A DNA stretch of 21,677 nucleotides from Abditibacteriaceae bacterium (GTDB lineage: Bacteria > Armatimonadota > Abditibacteriia > Abditibacteriales > Abditibacteriaceae). The position numbers and the translations under genes were made by a program. Under the pieces are notes generated by a model, which ran no database searches, had not been told where the DNA came from, and saw nothing but the letters and a program-made list of their open reading frames with translations. The stretch is from contig JANMKN010000086.1 of NCBI GenBank assembly GCA_031372065.1, positions 1-21,677 of the forward strand, in the 5' to 3' direction. Below are positions 16,583 to 21,677 of the stretch, one piece after another; position 1 is the first letter of the stretch; each line of letters opens with the position of its first letter.

Positions 16583-16862
16583 CCCAGATAGGTTTCTTGG
16601 CAAGAGCCGCTTTCAAGCGCGGTGCTGGTGCGGGGGGGGCATCCATGACACGGCAAAGCTGTTCGTATTCTTCGGGCGAAACGATAATTTGCGTTTCTTC
16701 TTTGATAACGCGCTCGGCTTCATTGAGTGACACTTGCAGCACAAATTGGCTGACATTCATGTGGCGCGCTTTGGCAGCTTGTGCCAGCACGTTCTTTTGA
16801 TTGGGATTGGCGCGAATGGAAAGGCGCTCTTCTTTTGGGTTTTTAGCAGCTAAACGGGGCAT
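16575..16862 (-). CDS. DUF1778 RHH antitoxin (TacA/AtaR-like), 95 aa
   Basis: KEERLSIR...LAQAA...VSQFVL...EAERVI...MDAPPAPAPRLKAAL; AAGGAG RBS. Confidence 0.92.
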   Translation of the reverse strand: MPRLAAKNPKEERLSIRANPNQKNVLAQAAKARHMNVSQFVLQVSLNEAERVIKEETQIIVSPEEYEQLCRVMDAPPAPAPRLKAALAKKPIWDV

Positions 16863-16890
16863 GATGCTCTCCTTTACTAAAATTCAGCAT

Positions 16891-16919
16891 AGCATATTGT
16901 ATTCCCAATGTATAGCCAA
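16891..16919 (-). promoter_or_regulatory. Putative sigma70 promoter of the DUF1778/GNAT operon
   Basis: -35 TTGGCT (16919-16914), 17-bp spacer containing ATACAT/ATACAA repeats, -10 TATGCT (16896-16891). Confidence 0.5.
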
Positions 16920-17060
16920 ACATAATGAAAGGGTAGTTTCATTTAGCCTTTAGTTTCGCTTTCAGGTGACAATTGTCCGTGCAAAAAGGATGAGAGATAG
17001 CAAAAGAGTCGTTTTAGCGTTAGGTTGAGCTTGCCCCACGACAGAACGTAAAACGACTCC

Positions 17061-17310
17061 ATGCCCATTCTACCGCAAGTTTTGTTCTTACTGTTGCGCT
17101 CGGGTGCCATTTCTGGCCCGCAACACAAGTTTGTCTTTCACAAGTTTGTCTTTCACCTGATGCAGCTCTGGCTGGGTTTGCGCGGACGCTTCAATGTCAC
17201 CAACCTGAGCCGCTATAGCCCCTACCACGAGCAAACCTTTCGCCGTCACTTTGAGCGTTCCTGCCCGTGGGGCACCTTCAACGCGCATCTGTTCACACAA
17301 GCTCTGCCAT
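17061..17310 (+). pseudogene. N-terminal fragment of a DDE transposase (IS701/IS4-like)
   Basis: ISGPQHKF...LGLRGRFNVTNLSRYSPYHEQTFRRHFERSCPWGTFN resembles the N-terminus of that group as I recall it. Similarity ends before the catalytic domain. Carries a 15-bp tandem duplication (17124-17153). Confidence 0.6.
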
Positions 17311-17449
17311 GTCTTGCAACGATTCACGCAACGTGCGATAGCCTTCCTGTCGCCCGCCAATGCGGTATTCTTTGCCTAAATTTTCAACGGAAATTGCGAC
17401 GTCGCTCATTGCTTTTTATTTTTGATTCACCACTGCGAACGCGGAGAAA

Positions 17450-17698
17450 TTAACGCGTGTTTAACCACTTCTTCACATCGGAAATCGTCGTAATGCTAAA
17501 CAGCGCCTCGCCCAGCGATTCCAGTTCATCAGCAGAAAGTTGGCTCACTTGCTTTTCAAGATTTAGCGGCAACTCGCCCACCCGCAAATGGAGCAGGCGC
17601 AAGACAAAAGAAAGGGCCTCTGCCTGACGACCTTCTTGAAGGCCTTGCTGACGGCCTTCTTCTAACCCTTCGCGTTTCCAACTTGTCATCAGTTCCAT
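17450..17698 (-). CDS. Candidate nested in-frame small protein (RpnS-like antitoxin), 82 aa
   Basis: GGAGG (17712-17708) lies 9 nt upstream of an in-frame ATG at 17698 (MELMTSWKREG...), just before the EG repeats. Confidence 0.55.
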   Translation of the reverse strand: MELMTSWKREGLEEGRQQGLQEGRQAEALSFVLRLLHLRVGELPLNLEKQVSQLSADELESLGEALFSITTISDVKKWLNTR

Positions 17699-18382
17699 GA
17701 CTTTTTCCCTCCGGGGAGGTGGCAATTCCTCTAAACCAGTCTGATACTCTTGTTCCTCCGCAGCATTCAGTGCCAAATAGGTATCCACAAAACCTGATAT
17801 AAGTCTCTCGCGGGCTGCATCTAATTGCAATGTTGTCAACAAGCGCAAGCACTCCAGCTTAACCCGCGCCCGGTCTGGCGGCGCGATTTTCATTTTGGAC
17901 ATCAAGGCACTGGCGACCGGGTTAGAGTGCCTCACATAATCGCGCCATGATAAGCGATTCAATTGAATAGCGTGATAGCGAAAATCTAAAATCAGGTGAT
18001 CCTGCAACTTTACCTGAAAGCGATCCGGCTCGGCGCGGTAGGGAGCGTCATAAGAAAAAATCACCACTGGGTAAATTGGCACATTATGCTTTTCGTGCAA
18101 ACGCGCAAAGTAGCGAAACATTCGTTTGCCAAACTCCGCCTGCGGCGCTGCCTGATGTTCGACATGAATCAGGAAAAAAGCCTCTTCTCCCCTCAACCGC
18201 GCTTGCACAACCAAGTCTGCTTCGCGGGGCTCACCCGCCGTGACATCAGTGAATACTTCCTTATCGAGAAATGTGATGCTATCACGGTCAAGATTCTCAC
18301 TTACTTCGGGCAGAAACAGTTCCACAAACTCCCCGAAGAAAGTGGTGATCAATTCCTTGAAAAGCCGGTCATGGTCTGTCAT
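17450..18382 (-). CDS. Rpn-family PD-(D/E)XK nuclease (YhgA/YadD-like) with C-terminal DUF4351, 310 aa
   Basis: HDRLFKELI, READLVV...IHVEHQ, RMFRYF, EG(L/R)xxG repeats, LRLLHLRVGELP...LESLGEALF...WL. Confidence 0.9.
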   Translation of the reverse strand: MTDHDRLFKELITTFFGEFVELFLPEVSENLDRDSITFLDKEVFTDVTAGEPREADLVVQARLRGEEAFFLIHVEHQAAPQAEFGKRMFRYFARLHEKHNVPIYPVVIFSYDAPYRAEPDRFQVKLQDHLILDFRYHAIQLNRLSWRDYVRHSNPVASALMSKMKIAPPDRARVKLECLRLLTTLQLDAARERLISGFVDTYLALNAAEEQEYQTGLEELPPPRREKVMELMTSWKREGLEEGRQQGLQEGRQAEALSFVLRLLHLRVGELPLNLEKQVSQLSADELESLGEALFSITTISDVKKWLNTR

Positions 18383-18437
18383 TGAGTCGGTAGCGTATGA
18401 GTTGGTAACGTATTGATTCCATCAAACCACACCCAGC

Positions 18438-19052
18438 CTACACCACATCGGCAAAGGTCTTTTCCATACGCCGGAAGTAAAAAGCGCCACTAATCAACAA
18501 CATAATCGCCGCCAGCGACGATGCAGCAATAATTGGCCCCGGCGCCGTATCAGTGCCCAGTAGCGCCCAGCGAAAGCCTTCGACTACGCCCACCATCGGA
18601 TTCAAGCCGTAGAGCGTGCGCCACAGTTGTTCCAGCAAGCTGGAAGGATAGGCAATGGGCGTAGCAAACATCCACACCTGCGTAATAAAGGGCACCACAT
18701 AGCGCACGTCGCGAAATTGCACGTTCAACGCCGAAAGCCACTAACCCACGCCCAACGATGTGATTAAAGCCAACAGCAAAAACAATGGCAACCAGATGAT
18801 GTTTATCGTTGGCAGAATGCCATAATAGACCATCATGCCCAGCAACACCACGAACGCTAAAGCAAAATCAATAACGCCCGATAGCACCGTCGAAATTGGA
18901 ATCGTCAGGCGCGGAAAATAAACTTTGGTAATCAGGTTCGCACTACCCACCAAACTGTTGGAGGAATTGCCTAAGCCCGTAGCGAAAAACGTCCACGGCA
19001 CTAAAGCGGCGTAACTGAAAATCGGATACGGAATGCCATCGGAGGGAATTTT
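18438..19052 (-). pseudogene. ABC-2 polysaccharide export permease (Wzm-like), 5'-truncated with an internal stop
   Basis: KIPSDGIPYPIFSYAALVPWTFF...NLITKVYFPR...LGVG*WLSALNVQFRDVRYVVPF...NPMVGVVEGFRWALLG...FRRMEKTFADVV; in-frame TAG at 18741-18743; N-terminus missing. Confidence 0.9.
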
Positions 19053-19491
19053 CGTAGAAACCAGCACACAGTGTGCGCGGGCCATGGCAGAGGGCCGCTA
19101 CTCCACCGCTACTTTACATTGTCATACAGCGCACAGTTTACGAGGCTTTTTCAAGTGCGATAGCAAGTGCGATAATAGGCAATAGACCGCGTTGCGTCCT
19201 GCATCGTCAGCATCGCCGTCTCCTATCCATCTGCCCGAATCTCACGAGCCTTTGGGGGCTGCTTGCAGCGGGTCTAAAATTGGGTTGTTGGGGCTTGTTG
19301 CTGCATCCACACCCACAAAACCTACAAATTTACGCCTTATAGAGAAAACATAAGACCTTTGGGGGCAAAACTAATTCTCCCTGAACGAAGAATTCCCTGG
19401 CTTTAAACGTGGGAAGTGTCAAAAATATCTGCTTTATTGCTGTGAGTTTATTGTTGCGGGCTGACCAGCAAAACTATTAAACTATCAAAAT

Positions 19492-19863
19492 GTGTTACCT
19501 AAGATAACAAGGAATAGCTTGCAATCCAATAATCTTGAAATTGAAGACGAACTTCCCGGAGTGGTCTGTTCTCAAATGGTGCGCTGTAGCCGTGCAAATT
19601 GTCGTTGTGCCAAGGGCCATCTCCATGGACCTTACCATTATCGTTTCTGGCGAGAGAGCGGTGTTTTAAAAAAGGAATATGTGCCATGCAAGAACGTGGA
19701 AAAAGTAAGCGCAGCGTGCGCACGGCGTCAGGCGCGCGAAACCAGCGAACGCGAAAACCTTCAAGTGAAGGAGAAAGAGATCAGACAATGGTTCCAGGAA
19801 ACGAAGACATTTCTTCGCCAAGTCGAAGCCGAACTGCACCGCGAAAAAGAGCATCAAAAGTAA
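19492..19863 (+). CDS. DUF6788-like Cys/His protein
   Basis: LPGVV..QMVRCSRANCRCAKGHLHGPYHYRFWRESGVLKKEYV motif plus coiled-coil tail; start codon uncertain. Confidence 0.7.
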   Translation: MLPKITRNSLQSNNLEIEDELPGVVCSQMVRCSRANCRCAKGHLHGPYHYRFWRESGVLKKEYVPCKNVEKVSAACARRQARETSERENLQVKEKEIRQWFQETKTFLRQVEAELHREKEHQK

Positions 19864-19928
19864 AGAGCCTTGCAAAAACAATTGAGCAACCCAGCGGAGA
19901 AAGTGGAGGAAATGGCTCTACCAATACA

Positions 19929-20699
19929 ATGGCCGAAATCGTCAAAAATGAACCAACAGCACAGACGATCAAGCCGGTAAAGCCGTTGTCTTTGCCGCCG
20001 GAAGAACGTAGTTCATTGATTCATGAAATGATGCAATCCTTCTGCGATGACTTGGAATATTCAATAACCAAGGAACATACTGACCCAGCCACTGCCTTAG
20101 AAAACCTCAGAAGCATGGATGCAACGGTGCGCTTTGGTGAACTAACACAGACGCCACTAAGGGATGTCAGTTGGCGCCATTTACGTGCGTTGGAAATGGA
20201 TGATCCAAAGCTGATGGAACAATACTGGATCGAGATGAAAAACGTCGCACGTGACCAAATTCGTAGCGGGCATTTTGCGGCACGCGGCGCGGGCGTTGCA
20301 AACCAGCATCCTTGGGAACGCGCAACCTTTTTAGCCTTGCGTGAAGAACTATCGGAAGAATGGAAACCTCGTGATAGCATCGAACAAACCTTGATCGATC
20401 AGATGGCTCAAGCCTATTATCAATACATACTCTGGTCTGAGCGAGCTGCTCTGTGGGGCGTCTTGCAACCAAAGCGAAAAGATCTTCGTGAACAATCCGC
20501 ACGGTTACCTCAATTGACCGAGGCGCAGGCTATGGAACAGGATTCCAACATGGCAGAACGCTACCATCGGATGTTCCTTCGTTGCCAGCGGGCCTTGCGG
20601 GATTCCAGGCGCTACTCGGTCAACATTCAAGGGGCCAAGCAGGTCAATATTGGAGACCAGCAAATTAATGTCACGCAAGAGACAGACGAAAAACAATAA
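19929..20699 (+). CDS. Hypothetical protein (~256 aa; start uncertain)
   Basis: Open frame with WKPRDSIEQTLIDQMAQ...MAERYHRMFLRCQRALRD...VNIQGAKQVNIGDQQINV. The ORF-track start (19599) overlaps the upstream gene and is unlikely. Confidence 0.7.
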   Translation: MAEIVKNEPTAQTIKPVKPLSLPPEERSSLIHEMMQSFCDDLEYSITKEHTDPATALENLRSMDATVRFGELTQTPLRDVSWRHLRALEMDDPKLMEQYWIEMKNVARDQIRSGHFAARGAGVANQHPWERATFLALREELSEEWKPRDSIEQTLIDQMAQAYYQYILWSERAALWGVLQPKRKDLREQSARLPQLTEAQAMEQDSNMAERYHRMFLRCQRALRDSRRYSVNIQGAKQVNIGDQQINVTQETDEKQ

Positions 20700-21095
20700 C
20701 TGCCAACAGGGGGTATTTTGAACCCTTTTTCAACTTTCAACAAAAAACGAGGATTTGATTCATCGGCCAATAGCACGGAGCAGGCACGACATTGTTCTGC
20801 ACAACAAGCGGGCTATTTTTCCTGCCCTACCCGCAGGGAGCGCCGCGTCTTATCAGCCCACCAAAACCTAATTACGCAACTCGTGAAATATGCCAGCCAC
20901 GTTGCCAGCGCTGGTTTTCAAACGGGGCACCTCGCTCACGCCCACCAATCTGTGGTTTGCCAAGGGCCTCAACCCACCCTGCACATTTATAGTGGCACCA
21001 TCACAAGCCTTTTTAACCAGCCATATTTACTGGCACACTGGCACCATTGAAGTTTTTGGTCAAGGTGACTTGTGAACCCGTCTGAGGTGAACCTT

Positions 21096-21359
21096 ATGGC
21101 AACAGCAAAAACCGAAAAAGTAACTTTCTCTTTGCCCGCTGATTTGGTGAGGCAAATGCGCGAGGCGGTGCAAAAGGGCGGCGTGGCATCGCAGAACGCG
21201 CTGGTGCGCGAAGCAGAATTCGAGCGCGAAATGGAAGAGGCGGCCCGTGACCCTTTGTTCATGCAGGACTTAACCGAATGTATGCACGACTTTCGTTTTG
21301 TAGATGCGGAAAGCTCCCATCTGATAGCGGAGGATGAGGAGTTCGAGGCCCAACCCTGA
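21096..21359 (+). CDS. RHH/CopG-type antitoxin (87 aa)
   Basis: KVTFSLPADLVRQMREAVQKG...SQNALVREA...AARDPLF; GAGGTG RBS at 21084-21089; overlaps the MazF start. Confidence 0.75.
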   Translation: MATAKTEKVTFSLPADLVRQMREAVQKGGVASQNALVREAEFEREMEEAARDPLFMQDLTECMHDFRFVDAESSHLIAEDEEFEAQP

Positions 21360-21546
21360 CAATACTCCCGCCGCAGCCCCGTGGCAGTGGCAATTGGTGC
21401 GTGCCGACCTCGATCCGGTGCGGGGCTGTGAACAGGCTGGCGTGCGTCCGGTGCTGATCATCTCCACCGAAGCGAGTAACCGTGCCTTACCGGTGGTGAC
21501 GGCCTTGGCGGTGACTTCACTCAAAGTAGGGCGGCGCCTTTACGAA
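21334..21546 (+). pseudogene. PemK/MazF-family toxin, 3'-truncated
   Basis: WQLVRADLDPVRGCEQAGVRPVLIIS...N..LPVVTALAVTS is the MazF N-half. Homology stops at RRLYE, where the hairpin element starts. Confidence 0.85.
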
Positions 21547-21677
21547 ATATTCCAGAATGCCCCACTGCTTGCGGTGGGGATGAATGGCCGAGTTTGAAAC
21601 AGGCTCGATGCCTGTTTCAAACTCTTCCTGAGTCTGTCGAGTGGACTCGATGTCCACTCGACAGACTGTTTGGTCGT
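21547..21677. mobile_element. End of a hairpin-rich element (IS200/IS605 end or REP-like cluster); runs off the window
   Basis: Three consecutive hairpins: CCCCACTGC-TT-GCGGTGGGG (21560-21579), a perfect 15-bp stem (21590-21624) and a perfect 16-bp stem (21631-21667). Confidence 0.6.

Noticed and set aside
19599..19860. 366-aa version of the hypothetical protein
   Set aside because: The extension overlaps the DUF6788-like gene in another frame and looks like shadow translation.
20718..21075. Short ORFs between the hypothetical gene and the RHH antitoxin
   Set aside because: No recognisable motif or RBS, and three overlapping frames with none favoured.

Overview
Bacterial accessory region; the Calx-beta/C25/PATR protein style is reminiscent of Abditibacteriota/Acidobacteria/PVC lineages, but that is only an impression. 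The core is a co-oriented minus-strand block: NTP_transf_5 nucleotidyltransferase -> HPr-kinase-like P-loop kinase -> PqqD/RRE domain fused to a Tat-like leader and Cys-rich peptide -> exact 13 x 21-bp palindrome-core array -> 235-aa hypothetical -> 2477-aa secreted PATR/C25 cysteine peptidase/Calx-beta protein -> terminator -> bifunctional fucokinase/GDP-fucose pyrophosphorylase. This looks like an uncharacterised RiPP-like or surface-protein modification system, with a possibly separate array+gene cassette inside it. The flanks are full of mobile debris and toxin-antitoxin modules: an IS1 end cutting a RelE-like toxin, two back-to-back MITEs, a TnpB/IS605 right end, an intact GNAT/DUF1778 pair, a DDE transposase fragment, an Rpn/DUF4351 gene with a probable nested RpnS, an ABC-2 permease pseudogene, a DUF6788-like gene pair, and an RHH/MazF pair whose toxin is cut by a triple-hairpin element. 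All calls come from reading the sequence; no searches were run.
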